Positions 19,378 through 28,728 of a DNA stretch of 64,000 bases are shown piece after piece (the stretch's first letter is position 1; every line of letters starts with the position of its first letter). The position numbers and the translations under genes were made by a program. The notes under the pieces are model-generated. The model was not told the DNA's origin and searched no databases. It saw only the letters and a program-made list of their open reading frames with translations. The stretch lies in NCBI GenBank assembly GCA_024640345.1, contig JAHEFD010000001.1:18288-82287 (forward strand). Reading direction: 5' to 3'. Source of the stretch: Woeseiaceae bacterium. Lineage in GTDB: Bacteria > Pseudomonadota > Gammaproteobacteria > Steroidobacterales > Woeseiaceae.

Positions 19378-20745
19378 ATGTACAAATTTCCCAAAATATT
19401 CTCGCTGGCTGCGATGCTCGCCCTCGCTGCTTGTAGCAGCGACGATGGCGTGGCCACGTCGCCACCAGTTCCGGCACCGGCACCGGAAAAGTTCAATATC
19501 CAGGTGTTGCATGCTTCTCCCGATGCGCCCGCTGTCAACGTTCTGGTTAACGGATCAACTGCGGTGCCCGGGCTCGAGTACAAGCAAGGTTCTGCGGCTA
19601 TTTCGCTTGCCGTTGGCAGTTACGACATCCAGGTCGACGGGAATACCCCGGGCGGCATGGTGACCGTAATCCCTTCAACAAACCTGACCTTTGTTGCAGA
19701 CACGCTTTACAGCGTTGTGGCTGTTGGTGACGTAGCAAACATTGAACCGGTCATACTTGAACAGCCCGATGGGGCGGTTACGGCCGGCAATGCACAAGTC
19801 AGGATTCTTCATGCTGCGCCGCTGGCGCCGCAAGTTACCGTTTACGCGACGGCGCCCGGGGCCGATCTGACGACAGAACCCGCGGTTGGCACTTTTTCGT
19901 TTAAGGAAGATCTGGGGCCGATCCAGGTCCCCGCTGGTGACTACCAGATCCGAGTTACCTTAGCGAATCAACCGGGCTCCGTCGTTTTTGATTCCGGCCC
20001 AATTACCCTGGGAGATGGCAACGACTTGCTGGTTGCAGCTGTTGAGAACACAACGGCTGGATCCTCAGCACCCATCAGCCTGGCCGTCCTGGATACGACC
20101 GGTTCTTCAGAGATTCTGGACATCGAAACCCTTGCAGATCTTCGTGTCGTGCACGCTTCACCAGACGCGCCTGCGGTTGATATCGTGGTCAACGATGATC
20201 TGGCCAATCCCCTGGTGCCCGGCATCGAGTTTCCGGATTTCACCGGGTTCGTCAGTGTCCCGGCCGATGACTACAATGTAAAAGTAGTTGAGCCTGTTTC
20301 CGGGCTAACGCCGATTGACGTGAACCTTAGCCTTGAGGCCGGCGTTACCTACACCGTTGTCGCGCTGGATACGCTGGCGGGCGGAAACATCACCGCGCTT
20401 GTCGCCGACGACGATCCGAGGCGAGTAGCCACGGAGGCGAAGGTTCGCCTGATTCATGCATCGCCGACGGCCGGCAATGTCGATATCTGGGTGACGGCTG
20501 AAGGCGCCGATATCACCGCAGTGCCGCCACTGCTTACTGATGTGCCGTTGGGCGCCAATACTGGATTTCTGTCGCTAGCGGAAGGAATCTATGATGTGAA
20601 TATTGCTCCGACAGGTACGACAGTCGCGGCAATAACGGCGACGATCAATATCGTTGGCGGGGGCATCTATACGGCTATCGCGCGTGATGCAGAAGGTGGT
20701 TTCGGCGGACTTCCGCTTGGACTGATTCTGATGGACGATTTTTGA
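19378..20745 (+). CDS. DUF4397-type repeat lipoprotein
   Basis: ATG at 19378 after GGAGGA. Lipobox LALAACSS. Four internal repeats start VLHASPDAPAVNV / ILHAAPLAPQVTV / VVHASPDAPAVDI / LIHASPTAGNVDI. Confidence 0.7.
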   Translation: MYKFPKIFSLAAMLALAACSSDDGVATSPPVPAPAPEKFNIQVLHASPDAPAVNVLVNGSTAVPGLEYKQGSAAISLAVGSYDIQVDGNTPGGMVTVIPSTNLTFVADTLYSVVAVGDVANIEPVILEQPDGAVTAGNAQVRILHAAPLAPQVTVYATAPGADLTTEPAVGTFSFKEDLGPIQVPAGDYQIRVTLANQPGSVVFDSGPITLGDGNDLLVAAVENTTAGSSAPISLAVLDTTGSSEILDIETLADLRVVHASPDAPAVDIVVNDDLANPLVPGIEFPDFTGFVSVPADDYNVKVVEPVSGLTPIDVNLSLEAGVTYTVVALDTLAGGNITALVADDDPRRVATEAKVRLIHASPTAGNVDIWVTAEGADITAVPPLLTDVPLGANTGFLSLAEGIYDVNIAPTGTTVAAITATINIVGGGIYTAIARDAEGGFGGLPLGLILMDDF

Positions 20746-20759
20746 TTTACCCTGTGACA

Positions 20760-21821
20760 ATGACTAACTTAGCCCAATTAGCAAATGAACTGGCCGAGTC
20801 CGGATATATTCCGGACTCGGTCATTCGTCGCGGTATTCGCCACCTGGTGGACCAAAGGAAATCCCAGGTCCGGTACATGAATGGCAAGGACCTTGATGCT
20901 TTCGTCGCTATGATGAAACACTCAGAGATCGCCCTGGTTCCGGACCTCGCCAATGAGCAGCATTACGAGGTACCAGCAGAATTCTTTTCTGCAACACTGG
21001 GCGAACACAGGAAGTACAGTTGCTGTTACTGGGGCGCTGGTGAATCCACCTTGGACCAGGCGGAAGCGGCAGCGCTTGAAATCACTTGCGCGCGCGCAGG
21101 TCTCACTGACGGACAGGACATCCTGGAGCTCGGATGTGGCTGGGGATCCCTGTCGCTGTGGATGGCCAGTAACTATCCTGCATCAAAAATCACCTCCGTT
21201 TCGAATTCCGCGTCGCAGAAAGAATATATCGATGCCCGGGCGGCTGAACGCGGATTGAAAAATATCCGTGTCATTACAGCAGACATGAACGACTTTGATA
21301 TCGGCCAAAAATTCGATCGGGTTGTATCCGTTGAAATGTTTGAGCACATGCGCAACTACGAAGTTCTGTTCAGGCGCATTGCCGGCTGGTTGAGAGACGA
21401 CGGCCTGTTCTTTATGCATATTTTCTGCCATCGCAGTGCCGCGTACGAATATATAGACCAGGGGCCGCAGGACTGGATGAGTCGGCACTTTTTTTCCGGC
21501 GGCATTATGCCAAGCGGAGATCTTCCTCTGCGGTTCCAGGAGCATCTCAAACTGGAAGAGCAGTGGCGCTGGAGTGGCAAGCAATATCAGCAGACCGCCG
21601 AGGCGTGGTTGCAAAACATGGATGCCAGAAAATCGGTTGCCTTTCCGGTGATCGAGAGAACCTACGGCGCCGAGGATGCCCGCCGCTGGTGGATGCGCTG
21701 GCGCATATTTTTTCTGGCCGTTAGCGAGATGTTTGGAACGGATGGCGGAAGGGAGTGGGGTGTTGGTCACTACCTTTTCAGATCCAGAGTGGGACAGAGT
21801 GCCCCGGGGAAAGAGCAATGA
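20760..21821 (+). CDS. CFA-synthase-like SAM-dependent methyltransferase
   Basis: SAM motif ILELGCGWGSLSLW and mycolic/cyclopropane synthase-like core (YSCCYW...). The start could also be GTG 20754 or TTG 20742. Confidence 0.8.
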   Translation: MTNLAQLANELAESGYIPDSVIRRGIRHLVDQRKSQVRYMNGKDLDAFVAMMKHSEIALVPDLANEQHYEVPAEFFSATLGEHRKYSCCYWGAGESTLDQAEAAALEITCARAGLTDGQDILELGCGWGSLSLWMASNYPASKITSVSNSASQKEYIDARAAERGLKNIRVITADMNDFDIGQKFDRVVSVEMFEHMRNYEVLFRRIAGWLRDDGLFFMHIFCHRSAAYEYIDQGPQDWMSRHFFSGGIMPSGDLPLRFQEHLKLEEQWRWSGKQYQQTAEAWLQNMDARKSVAFPVIERTYGAEDARRWWMRWRIFFLAVSEMFGTDGGREWGVGHYLFRSRVGQSAPGKEQ

Positions 21822-22354
21822 ACCTGTTAATTAACGTCGTCGCCTTCAAAATAGGCTGGGTTTCAGCGGTATTTGGTGGTGCCAACGAGATGGCGCTTGT
21901 TGGCACGGCTATCGTGCTCGTAGCGATCGGAATCCACCTTTTTGTGGTTGCCGAACCGTCCCGTGAATTCATGCTGATCGCGCTGGTTGGCCTGATTGGG
22001 CTTTCTGTGGACAGTATCCTGGTCGCCGCCGGCTGGCTCACCTATTCGAGCGGTACGATAGTTTCCGGACTGGCGCCATACTGGATCGTTGCCATTTGGA
22101 TGTTGTTCGCAACGACGCTCAATGTGGCATTTCGCTGGCTCCAGACCAGGCTGGTTCTTGCGGCGGCGATAGGGGCCATCTCGGGACCTGCTTCTTATTA
22201 TGCTGGTTCGAGAATCGGGGCAGTTGAATTCACCGAGTTTACCCCGGCAATTGTCGCGCTGGGTTTGTCCTGGATGATCCTTTTCCCCGCTTTCCTGATG
22301 CTGGCGAAATCGCTTGATGGCACCCAGGCTCCCGTTCTGCAAAGCAGGGTTTGA
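21818..22354 (+). CDS. DUF2878-like integral membrane protein
   Basis: MNLLINVVAFKIGWVSAVFGG..., about 5 TM segments. ATGA overlap with the upstream stop. Confidence 0.55.
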   Translation: MNLLINVVAFKIGWVSAVFGGANEMALVGTAIVLVAIGIHLFVVAEPSREFMLIALVGLIGLSVDSILVAAGWLTYSSGTIVSGLAPYWIVAIWMLFATTLNVAFRWLQTRLVLAAAIGAISGPASYYAGSRIGAVEFTEFTPAIVALGLSWMILFPAFLMLAKSLDGTQAPVLQSRV

Positions 22355-22356
22355 CC

Positions 22357-23154
22357 ATGGAACTCAATGCATTTGATATTCATAGCTGGCTAACTGCACT
22401 TTATGCACTGACCCTTTTTGCTCTGGCCGGGTGGCTTTACAGTATTTATCGTAAAGACGTAAGCATCGTCGACAGTATGTGGTCGTTAATGTTTCTCATC
22501 GCAACGGCGATATACGCGCTTAGCGCAGATTTGCCTGGCTCTCGATCATTGCTGGTAACGGTATTGGTCGCGGTCTGGGCTCTTCGCCTGGCAATTTATA
22601 TAACGTGGCGCAACTGGGGTGAGGCAGAGGACTACCGGTATCAGAAAATTCGCGAGAATAACTCTCCGAATTTCGAGTTCAAGAGCCTGTATATCGTTTT
22701 CGGGCTACAGGCTGTCCTCGCATGGTTCATCTCGATGCCATTGCTGATAGCTGTAAGTGGAGATATGCCGCTGGGGTATCTGGACGCTGCCGGTACCATA
22801 ATCTGGCTGACCGGTTTCATATTCGAGACCGTTGGCGACCTGCAACTTGCGAAGTTCAAATCTGATCCCCGCAACAAGGGGCGCGTCCTTGATTCCGGGC
22901 TTTGGCGTTTCACGCGACATCCTAACTACTTCGGCGAGTTTTGTATCTGGTGGGGCTTCTACCTGATCGCAGTCCCGGTTGGTGGCTGGTGGTCGATCGT
23001 GTCGCCTCTGTTGATGTCCTTCCTGTTGTTGCGCGTGTCCGGTGTGGCAATGCTTGAGAAAGACATCGGCAACAGGCGCCCGAAGTACGCCGAGTACATC
23101 GAAAGAACAAATACGTTCTTTCCGGGTCCCGCAAAGGGCAGGGCTTCGTCGTGA
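22357..23154 (+). CDS. DUF1295 / steroid-5-alpha-reductase-like membrane protein
   Basis: RFTRHPNYFGEFCIWWGFY signature, multi-TM. ATG lies 3 nt after the upstream stop. Confidence 0.7.
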   Translation: MELNAFDIHSWLTALYALTLFALAGWLYSIYRKDVSIVDSMWSLMFLIATAIYALSADLPGSRSLLVTVLVAVWALRLAIYITWRNWGEAEDYRYQKIRENNSPNFEFKSLYIVFGLQAVLAWFISMPLLIAVSGDMPLGYLDAAGTIIWLTGFIFETVGDLQLAKFKSDPRNKGRVLDSGLWRFTRHPNYFGEFCIWWGFYLIAVPVGGWWSIVSPLLMSFLLLRVSGVAMLEKDIGNRRPKYAEYIERTNTFFPGPAKGRASS

Positions 23155-23816
23155 AGAAAATTTCAAACCTGGCTTTTGGAGTAAGTGCAGTAGTCGTCAT
23201 GTTCGTCGCAACGGCTTCCGCGTGGGCGACTATTGATGCACCTGTAAACGAGCGAGAGTGGAAGTTCAACGTTTACCTCGATGATTCCAGAATTGGTCAT
23301 CATCATTTTTATCTTGCGAAGCATGACGATTCCTGGCTGATAACAACGGAGGCTGATTTCAAGGTAAATTTCCTTGTCTTCACGGCCTACCGTTATCAGC
23401 ATTCAAATCGGGAGGTCTGGCGGAATAACTGCCTGCAGCAGATTGATTCCACTACGAACGCGAACGGAACGCCGTTTTCCGTCAGTGGGTCAAGCAACGA
23501 CGAGGGTTTCACCGTAGAGACGAACCAGTTTCGTGACGATCTGGGCGAATGCGTGAAGACTTTTGCTTACTGGAATCCGGAGATCCTCCGCGAGTCCCGC
23601 TTGCTCAACTCTCAAACCGGAGAACTGTTGCCAGTCGCCGTAACCCGGGAAACCGAAGAAGCCCTGGTGGTTAAGGGAGAGAAAGTCCCGGCAATACGCT
23701 ATCACCTCGAGGCCAAGGATATGAAACTGGATATCTGGTATTCCACCGATCAGCGTTGGCTGGCACTCGAATCAACCGTCAAGGGCGGTCGCAAGCTTCG
23801 CTACGAACTGACCTAG
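23151..23816 (+). CDS. Secreted hypothetical protein of the lipid operon
   Basis: GTG start with GTGA overlap. Signal peptide MKKISNLAFGVSAVVVMFVATASAWA. Beta-rich sequence with no motif I can name confidently. Confidence 0.5.
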   Translation: MKKISNLAFGVSAVVVMFVATASAWATIDAPVNEREWKFNVYLDDSRIGHHHFYLAKHDDSWLITTEADFKVNFLVFTAYRYQHSNREVWRNNCLQQIDSTTNANGTPFSVSGSSNDEGFTVETNQFRDDLGECVKTFAYWNPEILRESRLLNSQTGELLPVAVTRETEEALVVKGEKVPAIRYHLEAKDMKLDIWYSTDQRWLALESTVKGGRKLRYELT

Positions 23817-23826
23817 GAGCATCACA

Positions 23827-24366
23827 TTGTCGAATCTAAAGAAAGTCTGTCGTTCGCTGCTGCCGTTAGTCGCAATTATCGGGGCGGGTGGCTGCGCGAA
23901 TAGCCAGCCGCCACTGGCAACGGTCGATTATGTCGACCTCGAGCGTTTCATGGGGGATTGGTATGTCATAGCCAATATTCCGACCTTTGTAGAAAAGGGC
24001 GCGCACAACGCCGTTGAGACGTATGCAATGAACGACGACGGAAGTATTGCGACAACTTTTGTATTCCGAAAAGATGGCTTTGATGGAAAAAGAAAAGAGC
24101 ACAATCCAAGGGGCTTTGTAACTGATACAGAGTCCAACGCTGTTTGGGGTATGCGTTTCATCTGGCCGATCAAGGCCGATTATCGAATCGTCTATCTCAC
24201 CGAAGACTACTCCAAAACTGTGATCGCAAGAAACAAGCGAGACTATGTCTGGATCATGGCCAGGGAGCCTGAGATCGACGCTGAGGAATATGCAGCGCTC
24301 GTGCGAATGATTGGCGACATGGGCTACGACGTCACGAAGATCAAAAAGGTCCCACAGCAATGGTAG
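23827..24366 (+). CDS. blc: Bacterial lipocalin (Blc-like outer-membrane lipoprotein)
   Basis: TTG start 8 nt after AGGAG. Lipobox IGAGGCAN. Lipocalin motif FMGDWYVIANIP. Confidence 0.8.
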   Translation: MSNLKKVCRSLLPLVAIIGAGGCANSQPPLATVDYVDLERFMGDWYVIANIPTFVEKGAHNAVETYAMNDDGSIATTFVFRKDGFDGKRKEHNPRGFVTDTESNAVWGMRFIWPIKADYRIVYLTEDYSKTVIARNKRDYVWIMAREPEIDAEEYAALVRMIGDMGYDVTKIKKVPQQW

Positions 24367-25649
24367 GGCGTCCGAAGATCGCAATTGTCGGAACCGGTAT
24401 TGCCGGAAACGTAGTCGCGAATAGACTAAACAAAGACAACGACATTACCGTCTACGAGTCGAGCGACTACATCGGCGGCCATACGAACACGGTTGAAGTG
24501 CCGGACGGTGGCAATGTGCTGGCGCTGGATACCGGCTTTATCGTGTTTAACGATCGGACCTATCCGAATTTCATCCGGTTACTCGATGAGCTTGGCGTTG
24601 ATTCCCAGGAAAGTGCAATGAGCTTCAGCGTACAGGCGGAGGAAGCCGCGCTCGAGTACAGCGGATCGACCCTGAATACCCTGTTCGCACAACGCCGTAA
24701 TATTTTCCGACCGTCGTTTCACCGCATGGTCAGGGATATCCTCCGGTTTAATCGCGAAGCCCGCGGCACGTTGCCGAACGGCGATCTGAATATGTCGCTG
24801 GCCGAGTTCCTCGCCCGCGGCCACTACTCCCGCGAATTTATTCAGCATTACCTCATACCGATGGGCGCAGCGATCTGGTCTGCCGAGCCCGAGATGATGG
24901 AGCGAATGCCTGCCAATTTCTTTATTCGGTTTTTCGAAAATCACGGTTTGCTGGATATTAAGAACCGGCCGGTCTGGCGGGTGATCAAAGGCGGCTCCAA
25001 ACAGTATGTCGATGAACTGGTCAAGGACCATCGGCAGCACATCAGGCTAAATTGCCCTGTCGAGCGGGTGGAGCGAAATCCGGATAACGTCATAGTCCAC
25101 GCAGCGGGGCGCAAATCAGAAACGTTCGATTACCTGTTCTTCGCTTGTCACAGCGACCAGGCTTTGAAGTTACTCGAAAGGCCCGACCGGGTGGAGCGCG
25201 ATATCCTCGGGGCAATTCCATACCAGCACAACGAAGCGATTCTGCATACCGATGAAAGCCTCATGCCAAAACGCCGACTGGCGTGGGCCGCGTGGAATTA
25301 TCACCTGCCATCGAATCTCAATGAGAGAGTAACGCTGACCTATCACCTGAATACGCTTCAGGGGCTGCAGACCCAAAGGCAATATTTCGTGACGCTGAAC
25401 AGTCGCGATTTGATCGATCCGAAAAAGATAATCAGGTCAATTGATTACGATCATCCGGTTTTCACGCTGCCCGGCGTCGCAGCGCAGCAGCGCCATGCAG
25501 AAATCGATGGGTTGAACCGGAGCTATTACTGCGGTGCTTACTGGCGTTACGGATTCCATGAGGATGGCGTGGTCAGCGCGCTGAATGCACTGAAACACTT
25601 CGATGCGAGGGACGAGGATGCACAGCAGTATTTTCAGCGGGCAGGTTAG
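24360..25649 (+). CDS. FAD-dependent oxidoreductase (amine-oxidase / desaturase-like)
   Basis: KIAIVGTGIAGNVVA dinucleotide motif. 429 aa. 7-nt overlap with the lipocalin gene. Confidence 0.8.
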   Translation: MVGRPKIAIVGTGIAGNVVANRLNKDNDITVYESSDYIGGHTNTVEVPDGGNVLALDTGFIVFNDRTYPNFIRLLDELGVDSQESAMSFSVQAEEAALEYSGSTLNTLFAQRRNIFRPSFHRMVRDILRFNREARGTLPNGDLNMSLAEFLARGHYSREFIQHYLIPMGAAIWSAEPEMMERMPANFFIRFFENHGLLDIKNRPVWRVIKGGSKQYVDELVKDHRQHIRLNCPVERVERNPDNVIVHAAGRKSETFDYLFFACHSDQALKLLERPDRVERDILGAIPYQHNEAILHTDESLMPKRRLAWAAWNYHLPSNLNERVTLTYHLNTLQGLQTQRQYFVTLNSRDLIDPKKIIRSIDYDHPVFTLPGVAAQQRHAEIDGLNRSYYCGAYWRYGFHEDGVVSALNALKHFDARDEDAQQYFQRAG

Positions 25650-26388
25650 TCATTGGCGAAAGTCGCCGGTCGGCCACTCGTTCAGATATCGTGTATTCAT
25701 GATGTACCTGGATCTTGATGAACTCGACCAGGTGTTCGCTGGCCGCTGGTTGTGGTCAACGCGCAGGCCGGCACTCGCACGGTTTCGTCGCGAAAAATAT
25801 TTTGGCAACCCGGCGGTTTCGTTGAAGGCATCCATCGCTGACCTGGTATATGAGCGCACAGGCGCTCGACCACCAGGTCCGATTCGGCTTCTTACTAATT
25901 TGAGTTACTTCGGCTATTGCTTCAACCCGTTGAGCATCTACTACTGCTTTGATGAAAACGATGAACGCGTAGAGGCAATTGTTGCCGAAGTCAGCAACAC
26001 CCCCTGGGGCGAGCGGTGCTGTTACGTTTTGTCTGGAGACATGGATACAGGTGACGGCGATACGCATCGATATAGATCCGATAAAGAAATGCACGTTTCC
26101 CCTTTCATGAGTATGGATATCACTTATGACTGGCTGCTGACGGAGCCGGGCAGGGGTCTGGTGGTAAGAATTGATAACTGGTCAGATGAAAATCGCTTGT
26201 TCGGCGCCTCCCTGAACCTCAGAAGAAATGAAATCACAGGGTTTTCGCTTGCGCGAGTTCTGACACGATTCCCGTTTATGACGCTGAAGATCATTGTCGG
26301 GATTCACTGGCAAGCACTTCGGCTGTGGCTGAAAGGTTGTCCCTTGGTTACTCACCCCGACAAAAAAGCACCGTTAGGAGCAAATTAA
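25618..26388 (+). CDS. DUF1365 protein
   Basis: HSFRYRVFMMYLDLDEL signature. The start overlaps the upstream gene by 32 nt. Confidence 0.75.
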   Translation: MHSSIFSGQVSHWRKSPVGHSFRYRVFMMYLDLDELDQVFAGRWLWSTRRPALARFRREKYFGNPAVSLKASIADLVYERTGARPPGPIRLLTNLSYFGYCFNPLSIYYCFDENDERVEAIVAEVSNTPWGERCCYVLSGDMDTGDGDTHRYRSDKEMHVSPFMSMDITYDWLLTEPGRGLVVRIDNWSDENRLFGASLNLRRNEITGFSLARVLTRFPFMTLKIIVGIHWQALRLWLKGCPLVTHPDKKAPLGAN

Positions 26389-27662
26389 TGAGTCACGTAT
26401 CAACGACAGGCACCCGCCGGGAAATTGGTCGGGCCAATTCGAAACCCGGGTTTCTCGACAACCTGTCTCGAAAGATGGTTCTTGCCCGATTGGATGGTTT
26501 GGAGATTGGGCGGCTGAAGATTACAGACGAAGGCGAGACCAGAACTTACGGTGTGGCTGGTGAGCTGACCGCAACCATTACCGTTTCGGATTCACGATTT
26601 TACAGTTCGCTGGCAACGGGTGGTGCACTGGGGGCGGCCGAGGCCTACATGCTTGGCTACTGGAACTGCGATGATTTGACTACCGTCGTGAGGATTCTCG
26701 TCCGGAACAGGCAGGTCCTTGAAAGCATAGAAAGCGGGTTGGCTCGCATTTCGGCGCCATTGGCAAAGTTCGCACACTGGTTCAATCGGAATTCCAGGAG
26801 AGGTAGTCGGCGCAATATCGCCGCCCATTACGACCTGGGTAACGATTTCTTCAAACTGTGGCTTGACGAGTCAATGATGTACTCGGCTGCCGTATTTGAG
26901 AAAGAGGGTATGACGCTGGAGGAGGCTTCGATCGCGAAGCTCGACAGGATTTGCAAGAAATTACAGTTATCTCCGGAGGATCATGTCCTGGAGATTGGTA
27001 CCGGATGGGGCGGCTTTGCCGTCTACGCTGCCGAGAATTATGGTTGCCGGGTAACGACGACGACCATTTCATCGGAGCAGTACGCCTATGCCAAAGAGAG
27101 AGTCAGGGCGGCAGGTCTTGAAGACAGAATCAGATTGCTACTCGAAGACTATCGTGATCTGGATGGCGCCTACGACAAGATAGTGTCTATTGAGATGGTA
27201 GAAGCGGTCGGCCAGGAGTTTCTCAATGACTACTTTGCACAGTGCAGCAAACTGCTCAAGTCAGATGGCATGATGCTCCTGCAGTCGATCACAATCGCCG
27301 ACCAGAGGTATCAGGCGGCACTCAGGTCCGTCGACTTCATCCAGCGATATATTTTTCCGGGCGGGTTCCTGCCGTCGGTGACGGCGATCACCGCCTCCCT
27401 GACTGCAGCGACTGACATGCGTGTCTATCATCTCGAAGACATAGGCGCCCACTACGCTGATACGCTCCGTCACTGGAGAGATCGTTTCTTTTCCAAATTC
27501 GACAAGATCTGGTCTATGGAGTACGGAGAAGAATTTCTGAGAATGTGGCAGTACTATTTTTGTTATTGCGAAGGCGCATTCATTGAGCGCGCCATCGGGA
27601 ACGTACAGGTATTGCTCGTGAAGCCGGACTGTCGGCGGAACCCGATCGTTCCGCCTCTTTAG
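26388..27662 (+). CDS. Cyclopropane-fatty-acyl-phospholipid-synthase family protein
   Basis: TAATG overlap start. SAM motif VLEIGTGWGGFAVYAA. C-terminal ...WQYYFCYCEGAF typical of the CFA synthase family. Confidence 0.85.
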   Translation: MSHVSTTGTRREIGRANSKPGFLDNLSRKMVLARLDGLEIGRLKITDEGETRTYGVAGELTATITVSDSRFYSSLATGGALGAAEAYMLGYWNCDDLTTVVRILVRNRQVLESIESGLARISAPLAKFAHWFNRNSRRGSRRNIAAHYDLGNDFFKLWLDESMMYSAAVFEKEGMTLEEASIAKLDRICKKLQLSPEDHVLEIGTGWGGFAVYAAENYGCRVTTTTISSEQYAYAKERVRAAGLEDRIRLLLEDYRDLDGAYDKIVSIEMVEAVGQEFLNDYFAQCSKLLKSDGMMLLQSITIADQRYQAALRSVDFIQRYIFPGGFLPSVTAITASLTAATDMRVYHLEDIGAHYADTLRHWRDRFFSKFDKIWSMEYGEEFLRMWQYYFCYCEGAFIERAIGNVQVLLVKPDCRRNPIVPPL

Positions 27663-27707
27663 CAGGCTCCAACCTGGCTGGCTAGCCAAAAAACGCCACG
27701 ATCGGCG

Positions 27708-28724
27708 TTACTTCCTGGCTGCCTCGTAACCGGCCTCCAGGTAAAGCTGGGCTGCTTCCATTGTGCAGGGTGCCTGGATGATTTCGCGATCGGCCAGTTT
27801 GCGCCAGTGGTGCGAGAACGTAACCGGTTCGGCAAGGTACACGGGATCCGTTACCGTAATTTCGGCCGCGAGATGCAGGCCACCATCCGACATCGTGAAT
27901 CTTTCCACCAGGTGCTTCTGCTCGCTTGAGCTGATGCCGGTGTGGATACCCCACTCATCTGCGATGAAATTGGTGGTCTCGACGACCAGCGTGTCACCCT
28001 CAAACCACCCGACAGAATGGCCCATCTTGGATGGTGCTCCGACTTCGTGATCGCGATCGAAGTGCACAACCCGAAGTTCTTCCATTAACTCGCGTTCCAT
28101 CACGAGCGTGTTGGCATCGGGCCTGGTAAAAACGACCGGGTAGGGAATGAGCATCGATTTCGGTGGGCCGGGATTACCGCAAGTCACCATCGGATTCTGG
28201 TCTTCGCTGAAGTTGTCGACCTGCGCCTGTCCAAGTTTTGACAAGGGCCAGCCAACCGGCGGCTTGTAGTGTGGCTTGAAACCGCCGGGATCGTCGCGCT
28301 TCCAAAGACCCGTGAAATCTGTAGAGGGCGTTATCTCTGCTGCGACATCCGTGGACGCACCAACGCGCGTGCCGTCGCCGGTTTCAGCCCATTGAAGGCC
28401 CGTGTAGTGTCGGTCCGAATCTTTATCGTGGGCGCCGTACCAGATAATTCTGTCGCCCGGTTTCCAGCTTGTCTTGCTCCAGCCCTTGGCAGCCATCGCC
28501 GGTGGATGTTCCATCTCGATCGTGTATTCGACTATCCGTCCCTTGTCGTCCGGCCCTTTAACCTTCAGGTAAACATGGGGCATGGTCCAGCCGTACTTGA
28601 CCACGACACCTTTGTAGGTGCGGACGTCGTCCATATTGAGCGAGGCATGAGAGTGATGAGCAAACCCGGCAACAGGAACAGCAAGCCAGGCGAACAGAGC
28701 GAGCAGATGTATACGCTTGATCAT
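27708..28724 (-). CDS. Secreted two-domain protein: N-terminal HHS (DUF6152-like) domain plus C-terminal WxGDTLVVET domain
   Basis: ATG at 28724. Signal peptide MIKRIHLLALFAWLAVPVAGFA is followed by HHSHAS, then WTMPH. The C-terminal half is similar to ORF 61773..62591. Confidence 0.7.
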   Translation of the reverse strand: MIKRIHLLALFAWLAVPVAGFAHHSHASLNMDDVRTYKGVVVKYGWTMPHVYLKVKGPDDKGRIVEYTIEMEHPPAMAAKGWSKTSWKPGDRIIWYGAHDKDSDRHYTGLQWAETGDGTRVGASTDVAAEITPSTDFTGLWKRDDPGGFKPHYKPPVGWPLSKLGQAQVDNFSEDQNPMVTCGNPGPPKSMLIPYPVVFTRPDANTLVMERELMEELRVVHFDRDHEVGAPSKMGHSVGWFEGDTLVVETTNFIADEWGIHTGISSSEQKHLVERFTMSDGGLHLAAEITVTDPVYLAEPVTFSHHWRKLADREIIQAPCTMEAAQLYLEAGYEAARK

Positions 28725-28728
28725 AGTC

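Noticed and set aside
21183-21818. 211-aa minus-strand ORF inside the first CFA-synthase-like gene
   Set aside because: It is antisense to a gene with a clear SAM-binding motif and is embedded in a tightly overlapping plus-strand operon.
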